Virus record (IMG/VR): IMGVR_UViG_3300025133_000023
Source of the DNA: a virus
DNA: 64,000 nucleotides
Reading direction: 5' to 3' (one strand)
The position numbers and the translations under genes are program-made. Numbering within the stretch: position 1 is the first letter of the stretch; every line of letters starts with the position of its first letter. Below the pieces are notes generated by a model. It saw only the letters and a list, made by a program, of their open reading frames with translations, was not told the DNA's origin and made no database searches. Below are positions 47,080 through 56,416 of the stretch, in pieces.

Positions 47080-47694
47080 TTATTCTCTAAGGGCTTTCTG
47101 TGCTTGCGCAATTTCTTCAGCGCTTACAACCCCATAACCAGTCTTTTGATTAATTTGCCTTGTGGTTCCGTCAGGATTTACTCCAACGGCAGGTGCTCCC
47201 TCCTCTAGGGAGTAGATAATGGCAGGCTCTGAGATCAATCCTTGATCAAGAAGAACACCTTCTGCCTGAGTAAACACCTGGATTATTTCGGGGAACGTAA
47301 GCTCATCAAGCTTATCCATAGTATACCCTGAAAAGACTCTGCAGATAGTTGTCTTCATCATTAGGTCTATTTGCTGTGACTTAGTTCTGCAAGTCACAAG
47401 CATGGCGTTCTGATAGTTAGTGTCTCCAGGAGAAGACAGCTCTACGATGAGTAAGGCTACTGTCTGGACAATACCTGCTTCGAGAGTCTCTCGATAATCT
47501 TTGTAGTAGTCTTCGCTGACACACTTATCAAACAAATAATCAAACAGCACCCAATCATCAACATCCTCTGAATCCAGAGCGGAGCTGATGACTTTATATT
47601 CTCCATAGTTCAGAAGCCGAAAAGGGATCACACGACTATCAAAAAGCTGAAAGCCATAGAGATCCCCTTTGGCCCCAATCCTGTAATCAAGCAT
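47080..47694 (-). CDS. Tail assembly chaperone (paralogue 2)
   Basis: Between tube and tape measure; FRLLNYGEY...DKCV...AGIVQTV...IVELS aligns with the upstream gene. Confidence 0.6.
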   Translation of the reverse strand: MLDYRIGAKGDLYGFQLFDSRVIPFRLLNYGEYKVISSALDSEDVDDWVLFDYLFDKCVSEDYYKDYRETLEAGIVQTVALLIVELSSPGDTNYQNAMLVTCRTKSQQIDLMMKTTICRVFSGYTMDKLDELTFPEIIQVFTQAEGVLLDQGLISEPAIIYSLEEGAPAVGVNPDGTTRQINQKTGYGVVSAEEIAQAQKALRE

Positions 47695-47722
47695 GGGGTT
47701 TTATTATCCTAGCAGTTAAGGA

Positions 47723-48253
47723 TTATAGTCTTAGAGTCTGACGAAGGGCCTGCTCTGTTGGCATGAAGTAGCTTCCAGCCATGATAACTTCGTAAAGAAG
47801 ATTCTTCAAACCTGCTGGCTGCTTGTCTGCCTTAACTGGATCTAGAATATTCTCTCGTGGCCACACGATACATCGTGCCAACACCTGAGTCTGAATCCAT
47901 TCCTCAACCTTCTCTGGGTCAACGGCTGCAAGGCCTGACTGGATATCTCTCCACTCTCCCAACTCTAGATAACGCCAGACATACCAGTCGTCGTCCCTTA
48001 GGCTAAGGGCATAAATGGAAGTGTATCGTTCTCGCCATTCAGCGATTTGTTCTAGTGTTGGTCCGTCGACAAGAGACGTTAGGAGAGCCTCTGGGCCGTC
48101 CTGTACGGCCTCTTCTACTGTGGGAGTATCTGAGTCTACCTCGGGCTCGTCCAGAGCCTCCTCGGTTGTCTCAGCGGCCTCTAGTTTGGCCTCTTCTTCT
48201 CTCTGCCGCTTAGCGGCTGCTTCTTTAGCAATTCTTTGTGCTGCAGATGACAT
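47723..48253 (-). CDS. Tail assembly chaperone (paralogue 1)
   Basis: EQIAEWRERY...YVWRYLELGEW...ARCIVWP...AGLKNLLYEVIMAGS; acidic N-terminus; position after the tube genes. Confidence 0.65.
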   Translation of the reverse strand: MSSAAQRIAKEAAAKRQREEEAKLEAAETTEEALDEPEVDSDTPTVEEAVQDGPEALLTSLVDGPTLEQIAEWRERYTSIYALSLRDDDWYVWRYLELGEWRDIQSGLAAVDPEKVEEWIQTQVLARCIVWPRENILDPVKADKQPAGLKNLLYEVIMAGSYFMPTEQALRQTLRL

Positions 48254-48254
48254 A

Positions 48255-48944
48255 TTAGGTTACTTCCCTGCAAATAAATGGGTATTGTTCTAGGACAGGC
48301 TCACCTTCTACAGTGATCGTTTGTCCAAAACCCGTAAGTTGAACTTGGCGCAATGTGCGCACTGCGGAAAGAGTAAAGCTAGGTTGGTTATCCTGGCTTC
48401 TCAGTTGATTACCAAACGCATCACCATAGGTGACGATAATATCGAAAGGTAGGTAGTGATCGTCTGGGCGAGCAAGGCTAGTGCTACTTAACACATCCTG
48501 CCTAGATAGCTCGGAGCCTGCGTCTCCACCCCAGAACCTTCTTTTAAGAGTGTCTCTATCTTGACCTGCATGATCGGGGTCGCTTGGGTTTACCAAAGCC
48601 TGGGCACTCTGTCCCAGCTTCTTTTCAAACTTGTTTGTGTAGAAGTCTGATTCTACATCAAGACCATGGGTTCGTGCGATTAAAGTTGGAAGAAACTGCG
48701 CATACTGAAAGTTAACCATGAGAAATCCAGAACACTGGACCGTTCCCCAGGCAACCCCATCCCACAGTTGGGACGCATATCCCCACACTGGTCGCTTATT
48801 TTGGACTAGAGAAAACTCTATGCCCACCGCCGTTCCGATTAGGATCTCGCGAATATAGAGGCCGATATTGGAACCAGTAAAGTAATCATAGGTAAAATGA
48901 GAGGTATCATTATTATCATATCCGCTACGGTAGGTCTTTGTCAT
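48255..48944 (-). CDS. Tail tube-fold protein (paralogue 3)
   Basis: YFTGSN...PVWGY...LPFDIIVTYG...VQLTGFGQTITVEG...EQYPFICRE; shares its framework with the two upstream genes. Confidence 0.72.
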   Translation of the reverse strand: MTKTYRSGYDNNDTSHFTYDYFTGSNIGLYIREILIGTAVGIEFSLVQNKRPVWGYASQLWDGVAWGTVQCSGFLMVNFQYAQFLPTLIARTHGLDVESDFYTNKFEKKLGQSAQALVNPSDPDHAGQDRDTLKRRFWGGDAGSELSRQDVLSSTSLARPDDHYLPFDIIVTYGDAFGNQLRSQDNQPSFTLSAVRTLRQVQLTGFGQTITVEGEPVLEQYPFICREVT

Positions 48945-48946
48945 TG

Positions 48947-49819
48947 TTAGCCCCCACCCCCGCCCCGGTCGGGTCGCCTAGCTGGGAGAGCAGCTTCAGC
49001 TCGCTCCCGCCCACTAGCAAAGCCAGGGTTCTGTACAGCGATATGCTCTCTTGCTCTTTCGAAAGTATAGGAGATCTCGTTCTCAAGGGCTTGACGCTGT
49101 ACGGCGCTAAGGTCACCAGACTGAAGCCTCGTAGCTCCAAGTAAAGCATTAAGCCTTTCATCGTCCGCGATGTTGGTGTGTCCACTCCTGTTAGTTGATG
49201 TCCTATATGAATGTTTAGGATCACGAGAGTTTCTGTAACCTTCAAAGATGTGCATGTCCCGGGCTACATACTGATAGGTGTTTTCAGTTAAAAGGTCATC
49301 AATAGAGGTGACCATACCATCGTTCGTTAGCGTTACTCCAAAGATTGTCAATGTCCCCCAAGTTGGAAAGGGAACCCTTCTCGAAGCGTTTTCCTCAGGA
49401 GTGATCCTGGCAGGAAGCTCCGCACTATAAACAAGATGAATATTAAACGGTGGAATTTGATCAGGGAAATTATGACCATCCCAATAACCAGTGTCATAGG
49501 AATATTCATAAATCCATGTATCTAGTAACTTTCTAAGTGGATGCTCGTCAATAACGGCAAAGATCAAAGAGCCAGCAATCGTTCTAGTACCTCTCGTATG
49601 TCCTCGGACATTACGATACCCGATAGCCCGAACTGGGCTAACATCTCTATAGATAGAAACTGAAAGGGTTTGTAGGTCTTTGATCCTTACGAGACCAGGG
49701 TGTCTAGCACCCCCGTCTCGATCATAGGCACCCTTAAAAAACATATAAGGGATGGTTGCGTAGGCTTTGACGTCTGCCCCACTGAAGCTCAGTCCAGCGA
49801 TACTGGCTGATTGGCTCAT
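48947..49819 (-). CDS. Tail tube-fold protein (paralogue 2) with a charged C-terminal extension
   Basis: SFSGAD...RGTRTIAGSLIF...PDQIPPFNI...SIDDLLTENTYQYVARD. Confidence 0.75.
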   Translation of the reverse strand: MSQSASIAGLSFSGADVKAYATIPYMFFKGAYDRDGGARHPGLVRIKDLQTLSVSIYRDVSPVRAIGYRNVRGHTRGTRTIAGSLIFAVIDEHPLRKLLDTWIYEYSYDTGYWDGHNFPDQIPPFNIHLVYSAELPARITPEENASRRVPFPTWGTLTIFGVTLTNDGMVTSIDDLLTENTYQYVARDMHIFEGYRNSRDPKHSYRTSTNRSGHTNIADDERLNALLGATRLQSGDLSAVQRQALENEISYTFERAREHIAVQNPGFASGRERAEAALPARRPDRGGGGG

Positions 49820-49840
49820 AGGAGAGAGTTCCTTTTGCTA

Positions 49841-50533
49841 TTAGTTTGCGTTAGTAGCGCCCTGACCCTCTTCATTTGCTTCTAACTCAATCCAAGGTAC
49901 GAGTTCACGTGCGATGAAGGTGTACTGGAACTCAGAGACTAGGTCGTCAATGGAGATTCCATAACCTTCGTTTACAAGCTCAACTCCAATCACAGCCATG
50001 CTAACTACCGCACCATATTCGTTAGAAGCGGTGAGGGTAATGTCGAATGGAGGGATCTGGTCTGGGTACCAAGGGGTAGTCAGAATCTGATCGTTGAAGC
50101 TGTTACCGTCTGGCAAAATGTCGTTACTACCGATAGAGGTTGGATTTCCTACCTGACTAATGTCGGTGATTGGCCTGTCCCCGGTAAACATAATGGAAGG
50201 ACGAATTTCTTCTTCATCTGCCCAGAACTTATTTGCATTTTCATCTTTAGAGAAAATAGGCTGAGTCGCAGAGCTAGGGTTAACTGGCCCTACTAGAGGA
50301 TGCTTATTAAACATCGCAAAGACTAGTGTCCCAGCAATGCCTCTCTTCCCTCTAGAGAATGCTCGTGGGTTTGCATAACCCATTGTGTAGATAGGAGCCT
50401 TCTCACGCTGAACAGCATAAGAGAAGGCCTGTAGCGGTACAGCTACTGTGCTATTAAAAACAGCCTTAATATCGATTCCAGTGAACGAGTTATACGCGTT
50501 CGCTCGACTTTGCTGTCCTGCTGGAAGTGCCAT
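49841..50533 (-). CDS. Major tail tube protein (paralogue 1)
   Basis: Directly after the sheath with a strong SD (GGGAGG); SFTGID...RGKRGIAGTLVF...PDQIPPFDI...SIDDLVSEFQYTFIARE. Confidence 0.82.
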   Translation of the reverse strand: MALPAGQQSRANAYNSFTGIDIKAVFNSTVAVPLQAFSYAVQREKAPIYTMGYANPRAFSRGKRGIAGTLVFAMFNKHPLVGPVNPSSATQPIFSKDENANKFWADEEEIRPSIMFTGDRPITDISQVGNPTSIGSNDILPDGNSFNDQILTTPWYPDQIPPFDITLTASNEYGAVVSMAVIGVELVNEGYGISIDDLVSEFQYTFIARELVPWIELEANEEGQGATNAN

Positions 50534-50558
50534 GTTTTACTTATCCTCCCTGGATAGT

Positions 50559-50588
50559 TTGGTGGGGCCATATTTCAGACCCCACCAA
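50559..50588 (-). promoter_or_regulatory. Stable intercistronic hairpin between sheath and tube (no U-tract)
   Basis: Minus strand TTGGTGGGG-TC-TGAAATAT-GG-CCCCACCAA: 9 perfect bp plus one G-U and one G-C pair; followed by ACTATCC, then the SD at 50544-50550. Confidence 0.7.
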
Positions 50589-50598
50589 GTCTGTTGTC

Positions 50599-52443
50599 TT
50601 ACTCTGCAGCAAGGGTAATTGTGAGTGGGATGAACCTTACTTCGAAACTAGGTACGAGTAGAAGATCAATCACTAGCTGCCCAAGGACTCTCTGCTGTGG
50701 AGTAGAAGAAACCTTAAGGTCGAATCTCCTTAGAGACCCATCAGAAACTCTTGACTGAAGAGCAGTCTCGAGGATCGTCTTAAGAGCCTGCTGCTGTGCA
50801 GGACTGTTAGGTTCACCTAGGAATGGATCAGCTTCATCACGTACTGTGTTCACAATGCTCTTAACGATCCTAACCGTAGACAGTCGCGTATAGTTACTCG
50901 TTGGACGAGCAGCTGTTGGAGCGTCAGTAACAACAACACCCTTAGGCTTGTTGGTTAGAGAAACGATCCTGACTCCAGCCATGTCGTCCAGCTTTCGCGC
51001 CTTGAGGTCTCTAATGAGACGAAGGTTCTTAACTGCCTTGTTGGTTGGTGCTGACTGAGGAGCCAAGCTGGCAATGAAGCCACCATAGGAAGCCTCGATT
51101 CCTGAAATGTAACCGCTCGACTGGTAGTTGTTAGTGTGGATTGCGATTGCACCGCAAACGCTAATGTACTTACCAATGTCAACAACGTTATCTTCTGCGT
51201 CAGTCAGTTCGGCTCCGTCGAGGAAGCCGTCATCTGTAGCGATAAATCCACCGCCGGTGACTCCTGCTCTCCAATCGTCTTGCCCAGCAAGGAACTTATT
51301 ACCTAGCATACCATTACCATTCGCTGAAGGTCCAGCAATGTACCGAACTTGTGTGATTGGGTTAGTCGTATAGGTAGGAAGCTTACCGACCCAACTAGCT
51401 AGCGCAGCCAGACTAAAGCCGGTTGGAGCTAGGAAGCTAATCACGCCGACAACGAACTGCCACTTGTCTGTTGCGTTGTGGCAGAAGTTGGCTAGCTGGT
51501 AGGCAAAGTTAACTTCATGGAAGTCGCTTGCAGTAAGAGTTACGCCATCTGCGTCAGCAGAAGGTCCAGCACTACCAACATGTGGAACGATCTCAGCAAC
51601 ACCGTCGCCGTCCATGTCCCACCAGAAGTAGTTAACCCCGGCGACCTCCTGAACGAATACCTTTCCAAGTACATCCTGTGCACTATCTTCGGTTGGATAG
51701 TCACTAAGACCACCAAGGGCACGTGTGACAATTTCTCCAGCCGCTAGGTCTGCGACGTTTAGATCGTCAATGAATACACACATTGGAACGACAATGTCAA
51801 AATCAGCAAAGTCTAGAAGCTCAAATGCATTGTAAAGATTCTCATACATGACAGTCTTAATGCAGCTAATACCATCCGTACCTGCGACGTAGGTGGCGCT
51901 TCCGCCTGGAACATCTTCCATTGCGACAGGAGCAGAGACCGTACCAATGTCAATTCCACCTGCGGTGAAGCCAACACTAGCAAGAGTAACTGTTACGCCA
52001 GTGGAGAATGGTGCAAGGACACCGACTGAGTCATGGACCCAATCCCCAAGAGTGCTATCGAACACTGCAAGACGTCCAGTAGACGCTTCGTACCAAATTA
52101 GATATTGTGCACCAGCTCCGTCGTCAAAAGAATCAGTAACAACTGACCAGCCTCCGACACCACCGATACCTGTTAGTGAAGCTGATGTTCCGCCAACTCT
52201 TAGAGCCACAATGTTTCTTGCACCCTGGGCCTTGGCCTCATGAATTCCTCGAAGAAGAGTTCCTGCAACACCAAAAGTCCCCCTGGCACTAGATGTAGTA
52301 GTGACTGGAATTGGCTGGAGTGACGGCCCCTTTTCTGCTGTTCCAATAATTAGGACTCGTGGTGACGGGTCCTGACTATCGATAACCAGCGGGGTGTCAA
52401 TCAGCGCAGGCTGTACGCCTGGTAGAAAATTGTAAAAAGCCAT
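50599..52443 (-). CDS. Contractile tail sheath protein
   Basis: N-terminal LPGV...VLIIGTAEKGP; C-terminal RLSTVRI...FLGEPNS...LVIDLLLVPSFEVRFI sheath signature. Confidence 0.93.
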   Translation of the reverse strand: MAFYNFLPGVQPALIDTPLVIDSQDPSPRVLIIGTAEKGPSLQPIPVTTTSSARGTFGVAGTLLRGIHEAKAQGARNIVALRVGGTSASLTGIGGVGGWSVVTDSFDDGAGAQYLIWYEASTGRLAVFDSTLGDWVHDSVGVLAPFSTGVTVTLASVGFTAGGIDIGTVSAPVAMEDVPGGSATYVAGTDGISCIKTVMYENLYNAFELLDFADFDIVVPMCVFIDDLNVADLAAGEIVTRALGGLSDYPTEDSAQDVLGKVFVQEVAGVNYFWWDMDGDGVAEIVPHVGSAGPSADADGVTLTASDFHEVNFAYQLANFCHNATDKWQFVVGVISFLAPTGFSLAALASWVGKLPTYTTNPITQVRYIAGPSANGNGMLGNKFLAGQDDWRAGVTGGGFIATDDGFLDGAELTDAEDNVVDIGKYISVCGAIAIHTNNYQSSGYISGIEASYGGFIASLAPQSAPTNKAVKNLRLIRDLKARKLDDMAGVRIVSLTNKPKGVVVTDAPTAARPTSNYTRLSTVRIVKSIVNTVRDEADPFLGEPNSPAQQQALKTILETALQSRVSDGSLRRFDLKVSSTPQQRVLGQLVIDLLLVPSFEVRFIPLTITLAAE

Positions 52444-52464
52444 ATCCCGTTAGATCCTCCCTAG

Positions 52465-53202
52465 TTAACCCACACCCACGGCTATGTTGACCAAAAGGTC
52501 ACGAAGTGTGGAGGCACTGATCTCAAAAGTTCGATCAGTTCTTACATAATAATGCATGGACCTACTCTTTAGCAAGTTGCCACTGGTTCGCGTATCTTCC
52601 CAATACTTGTCAGCCAGTCGCTGCTTAAAGACAATTTCCTCGACACCCATATATTTATAATACCAGTGTCGTGCATCCATAAATTCTTCAAACCATAAAG
52701 CTCTTGCATCAACAGCTTTGTTGGTTTTTGCCCAGCATGTAAATTCTACCACGTTATCAAACTTCTGTCCCATCACCATAATGCTTTGGAGAGGTCTAGT
52801 GGCATCCTTTGTAACATACCTAATGCGCGGACGCCATTCTCTAACGACCGAGTCATCATTTCCAAGAATATCAGGTAAACGTCCGGAATGCGCGCCTGGT
52901 CTTCTTTCAAGTACTTTAAATGTGATTACCTCATTTTTAAAGTCTGTAGGTGGCCCCTCTTCAACGAAACTAACTCTTTCGGCCTCAACCGTATTACAGC
53001 GGTCTTGAAAGTCAGTTAGTGTTGTATTGACAAGCTCAAAGAACCCACGCAAGTCTCTTGCGGGATATCTTTTCATCTGATTCCGTAGATTGACAGGAAT
53101 AGGCCATTCACTATCAATCGTTACAGATTCCATAATCTGAACACTAGTGTGATTAGCCCATGCCAAGGTCTCTGGAGAAATGTCTCTTAGTTCGTCGGCC
53201 AT
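52465..53202 (-). CDS. Tail terminator/neck protein
   Basis: FDNVVEFTCWAKTNKAVDARALWFEEFM pattern; immediately upstream of the sheath. Confidence 0.6.
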   Translation of the reverse strand: MADELRDISPETLAWANHTSVQIMESVTIDSEWPIPVNLRNQMKRYPARDLRGFFELVNTTLTDFQDRCNTVEAERVSFVEEGPPTDFKNEVITFKVLERRPGAHSGRLPDILGNDDSVVREWRPRIRYVTKDATRPLQSIMVMGQKFDNVVEFTCWAKTNKAVDARALWFEEFMDARHWYYKYMGVEEIVFKQRLADKYWEDTRTSGNLLKSRSMHYYVRTDRTFEISASTLRDLLVNIAVGVG

Positions 53203-53768
53203 TACTTCATGTATCCGTCTTCATCAAGCTGGATAGCATCCTTTTGAGAGACAAAGACGGAGTAATACTCGATACGCCCTATGTCGCTTCGGTGCTCAAC
53301 AACAGCCTGTGGCTTATGTATCTTCCATCTACGATATGGCTTAACTGGAGCACCCTCAATATCATGAACCATTTCAACGATACGATCATAGTGCTTGGGA
53401 AACGCAGTGTACTCCATATAATACACAACGGTGTCAATATTAATGACTCCGCCTGGAAGATGCTGGTTCTTAAGTACCAGTTTTTTCATGTTGGACCCAA
53501 TGTCCACTTTTCGAACCCAGGCCCAATCCTCATCCCAAAGATAGCCTTCACCCTTACAAGTGGGGCACCGAGTGGTTGCTTCGTTAGTTAGGGAATCTAC
53601 ACACTCACAGGGGATAAGTTTGTTGTCACTAGTCCATCTCATTTTACGAAATAGAATCCTATGAGCTTTGGGAACTTCGTAGTCGTTCCCAAAGAACATA
53701 TCATTGAGTTCTTTTCTAAGGTCAGCTTCAATCGAGCCACTTCCCGTATATGGGTTATAAAGAGACAC
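53202..53768 (-). CDS. Head closure/neck protein with CxC...CxxC motif
   Basis: IPCECVDSLTNEATTRCPTCKGEGY; position in the neck cluster. Confidence 0.65.
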   Translation of the reverse strand: MSLYNPYTGSGSIEADLRKELNDMFFGNDYEVPKAHRILFRKMRWTSDNKLIPCECVDSLTNEATTRCPTCKGEGYLWDEDWAWVRKVDIGSNMKKLVLKNQHLPGGVINIDTVVYYMEYTAFPKHYDRIVEMVHDIEGAPVKPYRRWKIHKPQAVVEHRSDIGRIEYYSVFVSQKDAIQLDEDGYMK

Positions 53769-53773
53769 GATAA

Positions 53774-54835
53774 TCAGTACCCGCTACCAGAGCCCCACTT
53801 GCTTGGGAACGGATCTCTACGATCAGTTCCTGACTTGCCCTTGGTTCTCCGACCCTTGTAGGTCTTGGTTTTTCGGCTACCCCTGTTCTTATAAACATAA
53901 ACGTTTCCGCCACCACGCTCTCCAGCAACAAATCCCCTACCAAACTCTGGGTAGTCGGGATGGTTGAGTCCCTTAATCGTTGTACTCAGAGGCAGTGAAG
54001 AACCGGGACTAATGTTGCCGCCAGCCTGAAGGATGGGTGTAAGTTCATCAAGACAATCTTGAAGGTCATCAATCTTTGCACCCCAGCTTAGATCATACTC
54101 TACAGTCAAGTCAGCAAGCTGCTTCTTCTTGACCATATTGCTGACAAGGTTAGTCATAACAAGTCGACTCGCCATACAGGTTACCCACCTACGCTTAACC
54201 CATTCATAGTATTCACTATTGGGTCGGGTTGTTACAAAGCTCAACACATCAGCATCAAGTGACGCCTGGTAGATTGCAAGAAGGATAGAGCTTTCATCTA
54301 CGCCTCTCAAATACCCACCAACCTCTGCCATTACTAGGGAGGTCGACGTATAGACTGGAGTGAACTCTGTCCAGAACCTAATCTCGACATCACTTCCAAG
54401 AGTGGTAGCGTCTTCATCAACGATGGATGAGTCCAGGGTGATGAGAACACAACTGTTGAGATTGAGGGTTGCTGACTCAATACGAGATCTTGTTAGAACG
54501 TCAAATGTAAAATCAACAGTAGTAACTACACTATCCTGAGTGAAGGTCCATCTATCTGTCCAAGTGCCAATAGTAGTGTCTGCAAGAATGGGGAAAATAT
54601 ATGAGTAAAGCCCGATGGACTCCCTTACCAGAAGATTAGTTCCCTGCTGTCCGGCGTCTCCTAGGCTTGTAGTAGATGCATTTAATACATCAGCAAGAGT
54701 ATCGTCTGAAGTGTCAACAGAAGGCGCAAAGATATCTACTACCGGTCCAACAGCTGGATCGAATAGGTTGTCTTCTGCATCCCTAAGCTCAACAATGAGC
54801 TTGAAGACTGAGTTGTCTTGATATGTAATGCGCAT
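53774..54835 (-). CDS. Head-tail adaptor/neck protein with N-terminal Ig-like region
   Basis: GLYSY...GTWTDRW N-terminus; KKQLADLTVEY C-terminal connector-like motif; basic tail. Confidence 0.55.
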   Translation of the reverse strand: MRITYQDNSVFKLIVELRDAEDNLFDPAVGPVVDIFAPSVDTSDDTLADVLNASTTSLGDAGQQGTNLLVRESIGLYSYIFPILADTTIGTWTDRWTFTQDSVVTTVDFTFDVLTRSRIESATLNLNSCVLITLDSSIVDEDATTLGSDVEIRFWTEFTPVYTSTSLVMAEVGGYLRGVDESSILLAIYQASLDADVLSFVTTRPNSEYYEWVKRRWVTCMASRLVMTNLVSNMVKKKQLADLTVEYDLSWGAKIDDLQDCLDELTPILQAGGNISPGSSLPLSTTIKGLNHPDYPEFGRGFVAGERGGGNVYVYKNRGSRKTKTYKGRRTKGKSGTDRRDPFPSKWGSGSGY

Positions 54836-54941
54836 TCAGATCCCTTAAGGTGCTGGGGTAAAGGTCATTTGTAGGTCAGAAAAGATCGCCTCGTACTCTG
54901 CAGCAACGCGAATCATGTCGCGCTTCGGCTAGCTGTAGACA

Positions 54942-55331
54942 TTAGACTGTATCCGTGACGACTGGGAGATCACTTAAGTCGACAATGCCTCCTCGCCAAG
55001 TGACGCTGGTAAAGTTAGGAGCTGCTGCTATAGCAGACCAACTTCCAACCATGTCGATTTCAGCTACCGTTCTTGATTCATTCATATTGAGAAGCTCTGT
55101 AGAAACAACTCGTCCCCTTCCATTTGGATGGAAGATAGGACTGTTGACTTCAAACCTTGGTTGTCCCAATTGGTTAGCGTTAGGGTTAACGGTACGTCCC
55201 GCCCCCCAATTAGCAAACAGACTCTTTCTGAGAAAGAAACCACTCATTGTGATTTCATCAATTCTGATTGTGTCCCCTGCTGCGTTCTTGTATTGCCTCA
55301 AAACTGAGAAAAATGCTAGGTCTTGACCCAT
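54942..55331 (-). CDS. Hypothetical protein (129 aa)
   Basis: Strong SD (AGGGAGG at ~55339-55345) and co-orientation; no family recognised. Confidence 0.65.
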   Translation of the reverse strand: MGQDLAFFSVLRQYKNAAGDTIRIDEITMSGFFLRKSLFANWGAGRTVNPNANQLGQPRFEVNSPIFHPNGRGRVVSTELLNMNESRTVAEIDMVGSWSAIAAAPNFTSVTWRGGIVDLSDLPVVTDTV

Positions 55332-55345
55332 TAGTCGATCCTCCC

Positions 55346-56413
55346 TTAGATCTGGATTGTCAGTACTCTCCCACTGACACTTAGGATTTTGGGAATATCA
55401 GACTGACCAGTAACGCCAGTATACAAGCCAAGGGCTGGCAAGATATCTATCGCCACCTGATCTGGAGTGATAGTACCCAAATTATTTGTAAAAGTAATTG
55501 TAATTGTACGTTTGCTTCGACTAATGCTAGTCGCAAGATTCACGGGGTTAGATGTACTAACCTCAAAGATCGTAGGAGCAACCGGGGTACCCACATCACC
55601 AATAACGCTTGTACTGGTAGAGCTAGGTACGGTTGTGATGTCACCACTGCCTGTGGTAAAGACCCACGAGGACGTAGTTGTCATATACTCAGGAGGGTCT
55701 ACCCTTGTCGTAAAGCGATCTCCAACACGGAAATCGCTTCCTGAAAAACTTAGATATACTCCTTCATTGAGGATAACTTCATTCTGGCTCACTGTTCCTG
55801 TTCTAATATTGAGAGGGTTGGAGGTTCTCCACCAACTAAACTTCGCTGTACCAAACTCACCAGCAAGTGTAACCTCAACAACATACTGATCTTCAGCTGT
55901 TCCAATGTAGCCACCAGTAAAGCTAGCTCCACCAGAGCCTAGATTAGTCCCAAGCTCAGTGTCTCCAACAGTACGAGAAGCAATGCCAATCCTAACGGTA
56001 TCAGAAGAGTTTTCATCTCCTGCAACGTAGACCCTAAACTGAACCCCAGGCGCCATTATCTTGGTTGGGGTAAAGGTTAGTTTAGTCTTAAAGGCACTAG
56101 CATCAGGATCATAGGTGGGGCTTGAGGTGGAAACACCCAAAGCTGTGAGCTTCTCGTAGGTGAATGTCCCTTCAAGGATTCCCTTATAGCCTGGAGTATC
56201 TAGATAGAAGTCAGGAGTTGGGGTAAGGGGTCGATCATATAAAATCAAATCAGGGCCAGTCCAACGATCACTATCATTAGCCTCAACCAAAAAAGCTCTA
56301 GCCACTGAAGCTGGATCAATCTCTTTATCAAAGATTACCCAAATAGGCGAACCAAGAACCACTCCTGTTTGGAGGTTGGCCGGGTTTACGCTTTCAATAG
56401 TTGGAGCTGCCAT
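55346..56413 (-). CDS. Ig-like (Big_5/SbsA-type) domain virion protein
   Basis: PTIESVNPANLQTGVVLGSPIWVIFDKEIDPASV, and a second PTIFEVSTSNP...ITITFTN unit. Confidence 0.7.
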   Translation of the reverse strand: MAAPTIESVNPANLQTGVVLGSPIWVIFDKEIDPASVARAFLVEANDSDRWTGPDLILYDRPLTPTPDFYLDTPGYKGILEGTFTYEKLTALGVSTSSPTYDPDASAFKTKLTFTPTKIMAPGVQFRVYVAGDENSSDTVRIGIASRTVGDTELGTNLGSGGASFTGGYIGTAEDQYVVEVTLAGEFGTAKFSWWRTSNPLNIRTGTVSQNEVILNEGVYLSFSGSDFRVGDRFTTRVDPPEYMTTTSSWVFTTGSGDITTVPSSTSTSVIGDVGTPVAPTIFEVSTSNPVNLATSISRSKRTITITFTNNLGTITPDQVAIDILPALGLYTGVTGQSDIPKILSVSGRVLTIQI

Positions 56414-56416
56414 GTC

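Noticed and set aside
47690-47760. Programmed frameshift joining the two tail chaperones
   Set aside because: No X XXY YYZ heptamer before the first stop; the second gene is a complete paralogue with its own start.
49820-49840. AGGA-ACTCTC-TCCT mini-hairpin occluding the SD of tube paralogue 2
   Set aside because: Only 4 bp; too weak to claim.
28862-52443. Interpretation as a tailocin, eCIS or T6SS locus rather than a phage
   Set aside because: Portal, protease, capsid and neck genes are present and contiguous with the tail genes.
54844-54941. Short ORF MIRVAAEYEAIFSDLQMTFTPAP in the gap after the 129-aa gene, or readthrough into it
   Set aside because: Only 23 codons, no clear SD, and stops in the relevant frames exclude a simple extension.
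54955-55326. 123-aa plus-strand ORF overlapping the 129-aa gene
   Set aside because: The minus-strand gene has the strong SD and matches the orientation of all neighbours.
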